64,000 nt of DNA from Gammaproteobacteria bacterium (lineage in GTDB: Bacteria > Pseudomonadota > Gammaproteobacteria > JADZEE01): contig CBDDBH010000002.1 of the NCBI GenBank assembly GCA_965225625.1, positions 7,156 through 71,155 of the forward strand. Reading direction: 5' to 3'. Shown in pieces: positions 45,134-55,229 of the stretch; position 1 is the first letter of the stretch; each line of letters opens with the position of its first letter. Under the pieces are notes generated by a model. It was not told the DNA's origin. It searched no databases and saw only the letters and a list, made by a program, of their open reading frames with translations. A program made the translations under genes and the position numbers.

Positions 45134-45625
45134 TCACCTCGTGTTCATGAGATTGGAGCGGCGAAAGTCGATAACCCGATCGTCTCGCTGATTAAAGCCC
45201 TCGCAGTGCCAGGTGACTATGCCGTTTTCCGGATTACTGGCGGACTCGCGCCTGCCAACAACGGTGCTGCGCGCGGTTAAGGTTTCTCCCGGATAGACCG
45301 GCAGATGAAAAGTCATGTCGTCGATGCCAAGCATGGCGCCGCGCTCGCTACCTTCGGTCAGATCTTCGACACACAGTCCAAATACGGTGTTAAACACCAG
45401 AAACGGGTTGATGACAACATTCGGATGGGCATGTGCTTTTGCGAATTCAACGTTGAAATACAGTGGATTGAAATGCAGCGTCAACGTAGTGAACAGCGAG
45501 TTGTCGCCTTCATTGAGCGTGCGGCCCCAGTGGTGCTCGAACACGCGGCCAATCTCGAATTCAGCGAACGTGTAGCCCTTTTTGCGTAGCTGCGCGCGCG
45601 AGAGGATATCGGTGGGTTCAGACAT
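45134..45625 (-). CDS. MaoC family dehydratase
   Basis: FEIGRVFEHHWGRTLNEGDN, NPLYFN, PVYPGETL. Confidence 0.88.
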   Translation of the reverse strand: MSEPTDILSRAQLRKKGYTFAEFEIGRVFEHHWGRTLNEGDNSLFTTLTLHFNPLYFNVEFAKAHAHPNVVINPFLVFNTVFGLCVEDLTEGSERGAMLGIDDMTFHLPVYPGETLTARSTVVGRRESASNPENGIVTWHCEGFNQRDDRVIDFRRSNLMNTR

Positions 45626-45830
45626 GGAATTCGGCCATTACGGCCGACAACACACGCCAGCGGCCCGCGCGTAGTGTAGATCCCGCCAAGCGGCAACAAA
45701 AGCCCCACTGGAAATCGGTTACTAATCAGCGTCAGGGATGGCGCGTTTAAGCTGGACTCCTTGGTATGTTATAAGTCTTCGGCCGCACGGTCCTGGTTCA
45801 ATCGCTCAAACGTTAGAGGTATTTTCAGCC

Positions 45831-46988
45831 ATGTCGAAAATAACGGAAATCGAGTTAATCGATCGGGTTCGCTCTGTTGCGCCGGGAATTGCCGGGCGCG
45901 CGGCACAAAGTGAGGAACAACGCTCACCCCACGACGATTCGATCAAGGAGTTGGTCGACACAGGGATCTTTGCGACGCTGACCCCAAAACGCTTTGGTGG
46001 GCATGAGTTCTCCCTGGATACTCACGTCAAAATAATCGAGATCATCAGCAGTTCGTGTACGTCGACCGCGTGGGTCTCTGCCTTTTATATAGGGCACAAC
46101 TTGATGGCGGCGAAATTCAGCGAACAGTTACAGTCAGAGATCTGGGCCGAGCGGCCGTTTGCATTAATCCCGATTTCTACCGCACCGCCGATTGCAGCGA
46201 AAACGGTCAGCGGCGGCTGGGAAATCTCGGGTCGCTCGTCATGGAGCACGGGGATCATGCACGGTGAATGGGTGGGCATAACCGGCGCCGTCGACGCACG
46301 AGAGCTACGCGTGTTCATGATGCCGCGCGCGGATGTGCAGATGCACGACGTGTGGCAGATGTCGGGTATGTCGGGTACGGGCAGCAACGATGTCGAGGTT
46401 CAGGAGGTGTTCGTGCCAGCGCACCGCAGCGTTGCGCTGGATGATTTCTTCTCCGGCAAAACACAGGGCAGCATGATCCACAGAAATCCGCTCTACCAGA
46501 TCCCACTGCTGCCGTTCATTTACAACGAATGCATGTGTGTATTCAGTGGCGGCCTGCGCGGCGCAACCAACGCCTATGAACAAGGTGTGCTGGCGCGTGT
46601 CACGTCCCATGCACAATCGGTTATTAAGGAAAAGCAATACACCCACGTGTTGCTTGGGCAGGCACATGCCAACGCGATTGCAGCGGAAGCATTAACGCGC
46701 GATCTGTGTAATCAGACGCTCGAGTGCATGAGGAACGAGAACTGGTCGGTATCTGAACGGCTGCGGCTTAAAACCCTGGCTGCATTCATCACCCAACATT
46801 GCCGGCGCGCCGTCTCGGACATGATCGCGCATTCGGGCACGAGTAATTTCCACAAAGATCGCCCGTTGCAGAGATTCTTTCGAGACATCAACACGCTTGC
46901 CACGCACGCGTTCTGGGATTCCGACGCGACGATGGAGTTATATGGGAGAGATCGGCTGGGGCTGGAGCCGAATCATCCTTTGATTTAA
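45831..46988 (+). CDS. Acyl-CoA dehydrogenase-fold flavin-dependent monooxygenase (HsaA/C2-like)
   Basis: PKRFGG, SSWSTG, WQMSGMSGTGSNDV, LQRFFRD...TH; ATG 45831 after GAGG. Confidence 0.85.
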   Translation: MSKITEIELIDRVRSVAPGIAGRAAQSEEQRSPHDDSIKELVDTGIFATLTPKRFGGHEFSLDTHVKIIEIISSSCTSTAWVSAFYIGHNLMAAKFSEQLQSEIWAERPFALIPISTAPPIAAKTVSGGWEISGRSSWSTGIMHGEWVGITGAVDARELRVFMMPRADVQMHDVWQMSGMSGTGSNDVEVQEVFVPAHRSVALDDFFSGKTQGSMIHRNPLYQIPLLPFIYNECMCVFSGGLRGATNAYEQGVLARVTSHAQSVIKEKQYTHVLLGQAHANAIAAEALTRDLCNQTLECMRNENWSVSERLRLKTLAAFITQHCRRAVSDMIAHSGTSNFHKDRPLQRFFRDINTLATHAFWDSDATMELYGRDRLGLEPNHPLI

Positions 46989-47036
46989 TTACCCCTCATC
47001 CGACCGCCATGGATGGCGGTCGGATGAGGGGTAATT
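46987..47036. repeat. Perfect 24-bp palindrome (REP-like/bidirectional terminator)
   Basis: AATTACCCCTCATCCGACCGCCAT-GG-ATGGCGGTCGGATGAGGGGTAATT between convergent genes. Confidence 0.85.
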
Positions 47037-47039
47037 GCG

Positions 47040-48478
47040 TCAAACCAACGCCTTTACAACATCCCGCCCGATCCGTTGGCCGCTTTCGATCGCACCGTCG
47101 ATGAAGCCGCGCCAGCCGTTCGCCACGTCGCCGCCACAGAAGTGGACCTTGCCTTCGGAGCTTTGTAGAGCCGCGAGGTACTTAGTGGTATGGCCGGGGC
47201 GAAGTGTGCACCAGGTTCCGCGCGAAAATGGGTCTACCGTCCACTGATAACCCTTCGCGTCCAGGACTTCGGCTTGCGGGAAAAACAGCGACACCGCGCG
47301 CTGCACGTCGTCACGATCGTTGATGTCGAGCATATCGGGGCTGGGGCCAAACCCGACCATCACGGTGCCATCTTGCCCATGGTAGTCGGTGAACATAAAA
47401 GTCAGGGGATCGGTATCGGGGGCGACACAGTAGACACTGCCCAGGTCCTGCTTGATGTGCATGTAGAGCTTGGTGCCGGAACCGGCGTGCTGCGCGTTTG
47501 ATACGATCAGCTTCGCCTCCGACAGCGCCGGTGAAAACTCGACATCCTTCAGCGTGTTTAAGGGCATTGCGACAATAACCGTCTTTGCCGACAAGGTCTG
47601 ATCGTCTTCGGTCGTGACAACAACACCCTCTGCGTTTTGTGCGATCTTCATCACCGGCGTCGACATCACCACTTCCGGCTTGGCGTCCTCAATTATCGCG
47701 TTGATTAGGGAAATCGTACCTGTCTTGATTTTGTAGCGGGCTATCGAATCGTTGAGCCGGGCGAAGTTGTGACCGGCCAGCGCATACCAGCGAACCATTT
47801 CGATGTAACCGCCCTCGGTATTCCTGTTATGCGAACCCGTCGACCAGAAGCCGCTCATGATGTCGCGCATTTCGCTGGACATTTTTGTTTTCGCCAGCGC
47901 GTCCTGGATCGACATTGAGTCATACTTCTCAACGACGTCCATCGCGTAGTAGGGGTCGAACGGCCGCGGGAACATCTCCAATGCGGGCTTGCAGAACTCA
48001 GCGCAGGCGCGCTCCATACCCTCTATCATGTCATTTGGATCGACGGTGACGGGCTTACCGTTGGTCCGGTAGACCATCGATTCTGGCGCCGCAGTGCCTG
48101 GCTCCTCGACTAACTCCAGGCGATAGTGATTGACCTCCGACCAGACGTGCGGCTGCGTCCAATAAACCCAGGTTCCACCGAGTTCCACCGCGTGTCCGGC
48201 GAAGCTGGAAGTGAATGTCCGTCCACCCAATCGATTACGCGCCTCCAGCAACACGGTCTTCAGTCCGGCATTTGCGGTTCCACGCGCCGCGGTTACACCG
48301 GCGAAACCAGCGCCGATGACGATGACATCGTAATCAGCACCACGCCCGTGTGGTGAGCAGCAGCGGCGCTTTGAATGGCCAGCGGCGCAGCCGACGCTGC
48401 CACCGCGGCGGCACCCGCCGTCTTGACGAAATTACGCCGCGTGACGCTATTGGAAGAATTCTTGGTTTTGTCCGTCAT
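47040..48478 (-). pseudogene. Tat-exported flavin amine oxidoreductase (NicA2/Pnao-like), frameshifted
   Basis: TRRNFVK Tat leader in one frame; DYDVIVIGAGFAG...LLEARNRLGGRTFT...GWRGFIDGAIESG in another; one base apparently missing near 48355. Confidence 0.8.
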
Positions 48479-48494
48479 CGTTGTTCTCCAGGTC

Positions 48495-49562
48495 TTACTG
48501 AGACATAGCCATCCGTGCTGCGCCGAGTTCGGCGCATCGACGGGTCATTTTGCCGTACTCCGTTGCGCGTTTGTCGGCTGCGTTGCCTTGTAATCCGCGC
48601 GCGTATACACCCTGCACGATTGCTGCAAAACGAAAGAAAGAAAATGCCACGTAGTAGTCCCAGTTGGAAATACCCTCGCGCCCTGTGCGTCGGCAGTACG
48701 CTGCAACATACTCGGATTCGGTGGGCACCCCAATTGCCGCCAAATCTAGACCGGCGAGGCCATAGGCGCGCTCCTGTGCACTATCCATCGAATAACCCAT
48801 GCAGTTGTACGCGAGGTCGCTTAGGGGGTGTCCGAGCGTTCCGAGTTCCCAATCGAGCACGCCGATGATCTTCGGTTCACTCGGGTGGAACAGCATATTG
48901 CCCAGACGAAAATCTCCATGTACCACCGTCGTCGTATCGTCTTCGGGCAGATGCGCAAGCAACCAGTCGCGCAGCCGATCCATCTCCGCAATGTCGTCAG
49001 TCTTGGACGCTTCGTATTGTTTCGACCAACGTCGGGTGTGCCGTTCGATATAGCCACCCTGTCGGCCGAAGTCGTCCAAACCCAGCGTGGCCCAGTCGAC
49101 CAAGTGTAATTTGGCGAGCGTGTCGTTCATGGAATCGTACATTTGCGCCCGTTCTTCGGCTGGGCAATCGGGCAGCAGCGGGTCGGCGAAAACCCGTCCT
49201 TCGAGGTAATCCATGACGTAAAACGTCGTGCCGAGAATGCTTTCGTCCTCACACAACAGCCGCATCCTGGGCACCGGCACGTCGGTGGCGGCCAGGGTCG
49301 ACATGACGCGGTATTCGCGATCGACCTGGTGCGCGGAAGGTAGGAGTTTGCCGGGCGGTTTCTTGCGCAGCACGTAGCGAGCGTCGCCGGCGCTGAGCAG
49401 GTAGGTCGGGTTGGATTGGCCACCCTGGAACTGCTTGACGCCAAGGCTGCCGTTAACGCCCGGCAGCAGATCACTCAGATAATTACACAGTGCGTCTTCA
49501 TCGAAAATGTGGCCGCTCAATACTGGCACTAGTGTGGGCGCGCCCGTCACCGCTGTTGTCAT
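48495..49562 (-). CDS. Phosphotransferase family protein (APH/ACAD10-N-like)
   Basis: QFQGGQSNPTY, LRKKPPGKLLPSAH, HGDFRLGN, LDWELGTLGHP; ATG 49562 with GAGG. Confidence 0.88.
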   Translation of the reverse strand: MTTAVTGAPTLVPVLSGHIFDEDALCNYLSDLLPGVNGSLGVKQFQGGQSNPTYLLSAGDARYVLRKKPPGKLLPSAHQVDREYRVMSTLAATDVPVPRMRLLCEDESILGTTFYVMDYLEGRVFADPLLPDCPAEERAQMYDSMNDTLAKLHLVDWATLGLDDFGRQGGYIERHTRRWSKQYEASKTDDIAEMDRLRDWLLAHLPEDDTTTVVHGDFRLGNMLFHPSEPKIIGVLDWELGTLGHPLSDLAYNCMGYSMDSAQERAYGLAGLDLAAIGVPTESEYVAAYCRRTGREGISNWDYYVAFSFFRFAAIVQGVYARGLQGNAADKRATEYGKMTRRCAELGAARMAMSQ

Positions 49563-49569
49563 CCTCGGG

Positions 49570-51420
49570 CTAGACAGACAGACGCTGCAGCGTGTCCTCC
49601 GTGGGTACGCCGTCGCTAGACCAGCCGCGCAATTGATAATATTGCGGCAGCATCTCGTGTAAGTTGGCAACTTTGCCGGTAGCGGGCCCGGTTTTAGCGG
49701 CTTCCTTGAGCAACCTGTCAGGTAACGTATCCTGCTCGCCGGTAACACCGGCGGCCATATTGAATTGGCGTTCCAGATTCCAGATCCGCTCACCGGTCTC
49801 GACCAGCCGATCGACGGTCCAATCGCCCTCGCATGCCGCATCGATTTGCGGCGCGATGTCTTCCAGCGTCCAGGCGAAGGTGGAGAATACACACAGTCCC
49901 GAGGAGTCAACCGCGGCGGTCGCGTCTTGAGAGCCTTTTACCAATTCAGCCTTGCCTTCGGTGACCAGGGGATCGACTTTTTTCGGGATACCGAAAATCT
50001 CCGCGGAGACGGTGTAGCCGCGCAGGTGGCACGCGCCCCGGTTGGAGGTCGCGTATGCCAGCCCCATACCTTGCACGGCACGCGGATCATAAGCGGGAAA
50101 CTCCTGGCCTTTGACCGTCATCGACAACTCGGGGTGTCCGTACTTCTCGCACAGACGTTTGGAGCCCAGACCCAATTCTTTGCCGAAACCTTCGCCACGC
50201 GCTGTTAATTCGACGGCAGTGGTCAACGCTTCGGCAGAGCCGAACGTAAGTTCAAGACCGCCGGTCTGCTCTTTAGTCAGTGCACCAATGTCGTAAAGGT
50301 CCATTGCGGCGGCCAGCGTGGAGCCAAAGGAAATCGGATCGATGGCGTCCTCGTTGCAAATGAAATTCGCGTACGTCAGCGCGTCGAGATCATCAACGCC
50401 AACAGCCGGACCGAGTGCCCAAGCCGCTTCGTATTCCAGCCCACCGGAGGCGCCCATGTATTCGGGCTTATTAACGATGGTGTAGTGCTGCGGATCAATC
50501 GTCGAGATGCGGCCACACGCTATGGTGCAGCCGAAGCAGGCAGCATTGGTGACGAGGTTGGGCTTGCCGTCGCTGGCCCTGGGTTTAGCCATCGCCTCGG
50601 CGCCGACTTTGTCCGCGCCTTCGAACTGCACGTCGCGCATGTTGCGCGTCGGCATGGCGCCGGATTCGTTGATTACGCTCATCACCGCCTGGGTACCATG
50701 CTGTGGCAGACCCGTACCGGTAAAAGCGCCGTCGGCAAGCACTTTCTTACCTGCCGCAACTGCCTGCATGAAACGAATGGGATCTTTGATATTACCGACA
50801 CCTCGGCTGCCCCGCACGGTCACGGCTTTCAAATTCTTGGATGCCATTACGGTGCCAACCCCTGAGCGCCCGGCGGCACGGTGTAAATCATTTACGACGG
50901 CGGAATACAAACAACCCTGCTCAGCAGCGCGGCCGACGCAGGCAATCCTGAGCAGCGGGTCTTGATGCTTACGATGCAATTCTTCATCGGTCTTCCAGGC
51001 CGACAGGCCCCACAAATCCTCCGCTGGAATGAGTTCCGCGGTTTCGTTTTCGACATACAGATAGACGGGCTTGGGAGATTTGCCTTCAAAGATAAACATG
51101 TCCCAACCGGCCATCTTCATCTCCGCCCCAATGAAGCCTCCGGAATTCGAACACGCCACACAGTTCGTCAGGGGGCTCTTGGTGACAACCGAGTAACGCC
51201 CGGCAGTGGACGCGGTCGTGCCAGTGAGCGGCCCGGTGGTCATAATAAATTTGTTGTCCGGGCCGAGTGCATCACATTGAGGATCGACTTCTTCGCTCAA
51301 GTATTTGGTCGCGAGACCGCGCTGGCCGAGGAATTTCACCGCCCAGTCCATGTTCAGCGGCTCCTCGGTACAGGTGCCCGCGGCTAAATTGATACGCAGT
51401 AATTTCCGTGCCCAGGCCAT
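49570..51420 (-). CDS. Tungsten-type aldehyde:ferredoxin oxidoreductase catalytic subunit
   Basis: GPLTG, KSPLT, SNSGG, RAAGRSGVGTVMASKNLKAV, CFGCTIAC, EYEAAW, DPIS, RGACH; ATG 51420. Confidence 0.9.
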   Translation of the reverse strand: MAWARKLLRINLAAGTCTEEPLNMDWAVKFLGQRGLATKYLSEEVDPQCDALGPDNKFIMTTGPLTGTTASTAGRYSVVTKSPLTNCVACSNSGGFIGAEMKMAGWDMFIFEGKSPKPVYLYVENETAELIPAEDLWGLSAWKTDEELHRKHQDPLLRIACVGRAAEQGCLYSAVVNDLHRAAGRSGVGTVMASKNLKAVTVRGSRGVGNIKDPIRFMQAVAAGKKVLADGAFTGTGLPQHGTQAVMSVINESGAMPTRNMRDVQFEGADKVGAEAMAKPRASDGKPNLVTNAACFGCTIACGRISTIDPQHYTIVNKPEYMGASGGLEYEAAWALGPAVGVDDLDALTYANFICNEDAIDPISFGSTLAAAMDLYDIGALTKEQTGGLELTFGSAEALTTAVELTARGEGFGKELGLGSKRLCEKYGHPELSMTVKGQEFPAYDPRAVQGMGLAYATSNRGACHLRGYTVSAEIFGIPKKVDPLVTEGKAELVKGSQDATAAVDSSGLCVFSTFAWTLEDIAPQIDAACEGDWTVDRLVETGERIWNLERQFNMAAGVTGEQDTLPDRLLKEAAKTGPATGKVANLHEMLPQYYQLRGWSSDGVPTEDTLQRLSV

Positions 51421-51564
51421 GTGCTCTCTCCCAGATTTCCGCTTGCGCCGATCGCCCCCGGGCAATCGAGACGCCAAGGCTTGCACCGGCGTCACCGGGA
51501 GTCAAGTAACCTGGACTACGACGAATCACGGCGCGGCGTTTGGCACGCTATAATCTTGGCCGTT

Positions 51565-52752
51565 ATGACCGGTCCCATGCATGGTGTGCGAATTATCGAT
51601 CTCACCTCGATGATCTCAGGGCCGCTGGCGACCATGCTGCTGGCCGACCAGGGGGCGGACGTAATCAAGGTCGAAAACCCGGAGCGCGGAGACCACGTCC
51701 GCTCAGCTGCCAATCGGCGCGGCAATATGTCCGCCGCGTTCCTCAACAACAATCGCAACAAACGCTCGATCGCGATAAACCTCAAAGACGAGCGCGGCAA
51801 AGCTATATTGAAACGATTGTGCGCGGACGCCGACGTCTTCGTGCAAAATTTCCGGCCAGGTGTCGCCGAGCGCATGGGCATTGGCGAAGATGCCATCTGC
51901 GAAGTCGCGCCATCGATCATCTATGTATCGATCAGCGGCTTCGGGGAACGCGGGCCCTATTCAGGCAAACCGGTATACGACCCGATCATCCAGGCGCTGT
52001 CGGGGCTTGCCTCTATCCAAGGGGGCTCCGATCAGCAACGTCCAAGGCTGGTGCGCACCATCGTGCCCGACAAACTGACCGGCGTGACCGGCGCGCAAGC
52101 TATCGCCGCCGCATTGTTTGCGCGTGAACGCACCGGCCAGGGTCAGCATGTGCGTTTGTCCATGTTGGAAACCGTGGTCGCTTTCCTTTGGAGCTCGGAC
52201 ATGGGCAGTCAAACGTTGGTCGGTGAATCCATCCCGCAGCAAGACGCTGCGAGTTACATCGACCTTATTTACGAAACGCAGGACGGTTACGTTAGTGTGG
52301 CAGTCATGTCAGATCGCGAATGGCAGGCCCTGACGCGGGCGTTGGAACGTCCGCAGTGGCTGGAGGATCCGCGGTTCAAAACACCCGCGCTGCGTGACGC
52401 CAATCTCAACGCACGATTGGAACTCATTCAGGAAGTACTACGCACTAACACATCACAGTATTGGCTCACTCGCCTGGAAGAGCACGGAGTCCCCTGCGTG
52501 CCGGTGCTCACGCGCAATGACATGATTCAACACCCGCAAGTACACGCCAATGACATTATTGTCGAAAGCGAACATCCACAAGCGGGCACTCTGCGCCAGG
52601 CTCGCGCTGCCGCGCGCTTCTCACATACAGCAACAGCGATCCGTTACGGCGCACCCGGCCTGGGCCAACATACGGACGAGCTATTGGGCGAACTTGGATT
52701 GACGAGTGAAGAAGTCAGCGAATTACGGGCTGCGGCGGTTATATCGGGATGA
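51565..52752 (+). CDS. CaiB/BaiF CoA-transferase
   Basis: IDLTSMISGPLA, NRNKRSIAINLK, QNFRPG, YDPIIQALSG. Confidence 0.9.
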   Translation: MTGPMHGVRIIDLTSMISGPLATMLLADQGADVIKVENPERGDHVRSAANRRGNMSAAFLNNNRNKRSIAINLKDERGKAILKRLCADADVFVQNFRPGVAERMGIGEDAICEVAPSIIYVSISGFGERGPYSGKPVYDPIIQALSGLASIQGGSDQQRPRLVRTIVPDKLTGVTGAQAIAAALFARERTGQGQHVRLSMLETVVAFLWSSDMGSQTLVGESIPQQDAASYIDLIYETQDGYVSVAVMSDREWQALTRALERPQWLEDPRFKTPALRDANLNARLELIQEVLRTNTSQYWLTRLEEHGVPCVPVLTRNDMIQHPQVHANDIIVESEHPQAGTLRQARAAARFSHTATAIRYGAPGLGQHTDELLGELGLTSEEVSELRAAAVISG

Positions 52753-53717
52753 GGCTGACGGTGGCAACGCAGCCAGAGGTCGTACAGCTCGGCGCTCACA
52801 TTGGCGCTGAAATCCGCAACGTCAATCTGGCACAGCCGCTCGAGCAAACGGCAATCGACACAATCCACGATGCGCTGATGGAACACGAGACGCTGGTGTT
52901 TCGAGATCAGGCCATCACCAGCGAGCAGCATCTCGCCTTCGGTTCGCGTTTCGGCGAACTGAGTATTCACCCATTCTCGCCCAACCAGCCTGAGATGCCG
53001 GAGATGATCGTGCTCGATAACGATGGTCAGAATCTGCCACTGTCAACCGATGTCTGGCACAGCGATGAGATGTTTCGCGAGGATCCGCCGATGGGCACCA
53101 TTCTGCGCGCGGATATCGTGCCGCCGCTGGGCGGCGACACTTTGTTTTCCAGCATGACCGCTGCCTACGCCGGCTTGAGCGACCATATGCAGCAGTTGAT
53201 CTCGGATCTGGAAGCGGTAAACGATTTTCTGCCCTGGCGGCGTTTGTTCAAGAACACGCCCGAAAACCGCCAACAGCTACACGACATGGAAACGCGATTT
53301 CCAAACCCGAACCATCCAGTTGTGCGAATTCATCCGGTGACCGGCCGTAAGGCACTTTTTGTCAGCCCCCAGTTTACGCTGCGTATCAACGGTATGAGCG
53401 ACACGGAAAGCCGGCATGTCCTCAACATTCTTTTTGATCAGGCGAAGGTTCCCGAGTATCAACTGCGGGTGAAATGGCGGCCGAATAGCATGGTCTTCTG
53501 GGACAACCGCTCAGTTCAGCACTATGCGACCCACGACTATCTGCCGCATCGACGACGTATGGAACGGATCACTATCAAAGGTGATCAACCATTCGGCATT
53601 GCCGACACTCCGCCTGCGCTCAAGCAAACGCGCTTCGGTCCCAAGCGCACGATGAGCGACATAGCCAGCTCAGCAGGCGCCGCCGAACCGGTGGAGCGTC
53701 AGTTCGAACGTGGCTAA
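52749..53717 (+). CDS. TauD/TfdA family Fe(II)/2-oxoglutarate dioxygenase
   Basis: WHSD, GGDTLF, HPVVRIHPVTGRKALFV, WDNRSVQHYA, R; ATGA overlap with the CoA-transferase. Confidence 0.92.
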   Translation: MRLTVATQPEVVQLGAHIGAEIRNVNLAQPLEQTAIDTIHDALMEHETLVFRDQAITSEQHLAFGSRFGELSIHPFSPNQPEMPEMIVLDNDGQNLPLSTDVWHSDEMFREDPPMGTILRADIVPPLGGDTLFSSMTAAYAGLSDHMQQLISDLEAVNDFLPWRRLFKNTPENRQQLHDMETRFPNPNHPVVRIHPVTGRKALFVSPQFTLRINGMSDTESRHVLNILFDQAKVPEYQLRVKWRPNSMVFWDNRSVQHYATHDYLPHRRRMERITIKGDQPFGIADTPPALKQTRFGPKRTMSDIASSAGAAEPVERQFERG

Positions 53718-53737
53718 CAAATATCGGCGCGTTATTT

Positions 53738-53756
53738 TACCCCTCACCCCAACCCC
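53738..53756. repeat. Half copy of the CCCCTCA repeat family
   Basis: tacccctcaccccaacccc between convergent stop codons. Confidence 0.5.
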
Positions 53757-53760
53757 GCGC

Positions 53761-55229
53761 CTACCTAATCTGTTTAGGCGCAGTCTGGCCTTCCGGGATC
53801 AACGTCAGCCAGGGTGCATCACCTCGGGTTGCCTTGAAGTCTGCCTTCACAGCCGCGAGCAGCTTTGGATCTGTGTACAAATCGATCGCCGTACCCGCCA
53901 GACCTTTGGCCGCCACAACCAGGGCTTTGGTTCCGATGGACGTGCCGGTTGCCGCAACCACGGGCCAGGAATGCAGCGGTAAGCCATAGCCATAGGACGC
54001 GACCCGCAACCCACCGGTTGGTACAAACCAGGAGATCTCGGCGGTATCCGTTGATGCCAGTGCCGCGTCCGGTTGTGCCGGCACCGGCTGTACACCGACC
54101 GACAATGCAATCTCCGAGGAGCGTCCAAACTCGGTTTGTGTGGTGCGTGCGAACTTGAGCTCATCGGCGCTCCATGCAGGCGCACCCACCGCTTTCAGGT
54201 TACGGTGTACCGCCGCGGCCAGTGTGCGCAGCGGGATCATCTGGTGCATTTCCGATTGCACTGTAATTTTTTCTAACCGCGTACGGCTCATTTTCGCGGC
54301 ACCCTCGGCGATATCTTTGATCCAGTTGAAATAGGTGTGTACGTCTGCAACGTGTTGGCACGGACGTAATACCAAACTTCGGCTGAGGCCGGCACAACAT
54401 TAGGTTGACCGCCACCGTCGGTGATGACGTAGTGAATGCGAGCATCTGTCTTAACGTGCTCACGCATGAAGTTGACGCCGATGTTGAGTAACTCGACAGC
54501 GTCCAAGGCACTGTGTCCGTCGTAAGGATAAGCGGATGCGTGCGCGGCGGTGCCGCTAAAACGGAACTTAACGTTTGCTAATGTTTTCGTGTCGCTGTAC
54601 GTGGCTTCGGTACGCTCGTAGGCATGCCAGTTCAGGATCACATCGTCGTCTTTGAAGTAACCGTCCCTGAGCATGTAGACCTTGCCGATACCCGTTTCCT
54701 CGGCCGGAGTACCGTATAGCTTGATAGTGCCTTTGATCGCGCCGGATTCAATAATTTGTTTAACCGCCAATGCCGCAGCGGTAGAGCCAACGCCGAAGAT
54801 TGAATGACCGCAAGCGTGTCCGGCCGCCGGGTTCGGCCCGGGTTTAGGGTTGGGCACCGCGGCCTGTGAAAGACCGGGCAGTGCATCGAACTCAGCCAGT
54901 ATGCCGATTACCGGCTTGCCGCTGCCGTAACTTGCGACGAATGCCGTGGGCATGCCGGCGACACCGACGGCGACGGAAAATCCGTAACTGCTGAGCAGAT
55001 TCTGGAGCTCCAAGGAGGAGCGGGTCTCCGTGAGGCCCGTTTCGGCAAAAGACCAGATGTGTTGATTGGCTTGCTGAAATTGCTCGGTGTGAGCGTCGAT
55101 CCACTTCCAGGCTTTCTCCTTCGTTGGTTCAGCCGCGACTCCATGGCGGCAGAGCATCAACACTAGCAGTAAACCCAGTACACGGACGGGGGCTCGCGAG
55201 ATTCGCAACGCGGCGTGCACGGTATTCAT
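53761..55229 (-). pseudogene. M20/AbgB-like secreted amidohydrolase, frameshifted
   Basis: Signal peptide, AEFDALPGL, GHACGH, GTPAEE, TDGGGQPNVVP in one frame; IAEGAAKM...ASTDTAEISW...HSW in the next; shift near 54355. Confidence 0.8.

Noticed and set aside
49563-49910. N-terminal extension of the phosphotransferase ORF (track 48495-49910)
   Set aside because: Overlaps the AOR 3' end in another frame; the real start is ATG 49562 with an RBS
51541-51556. Sigma-54 promoter (TGGCACG)
   Set aside because: No TTGC at the -12 position; the sequence reads better as a sigma-70 -10 TATAAT
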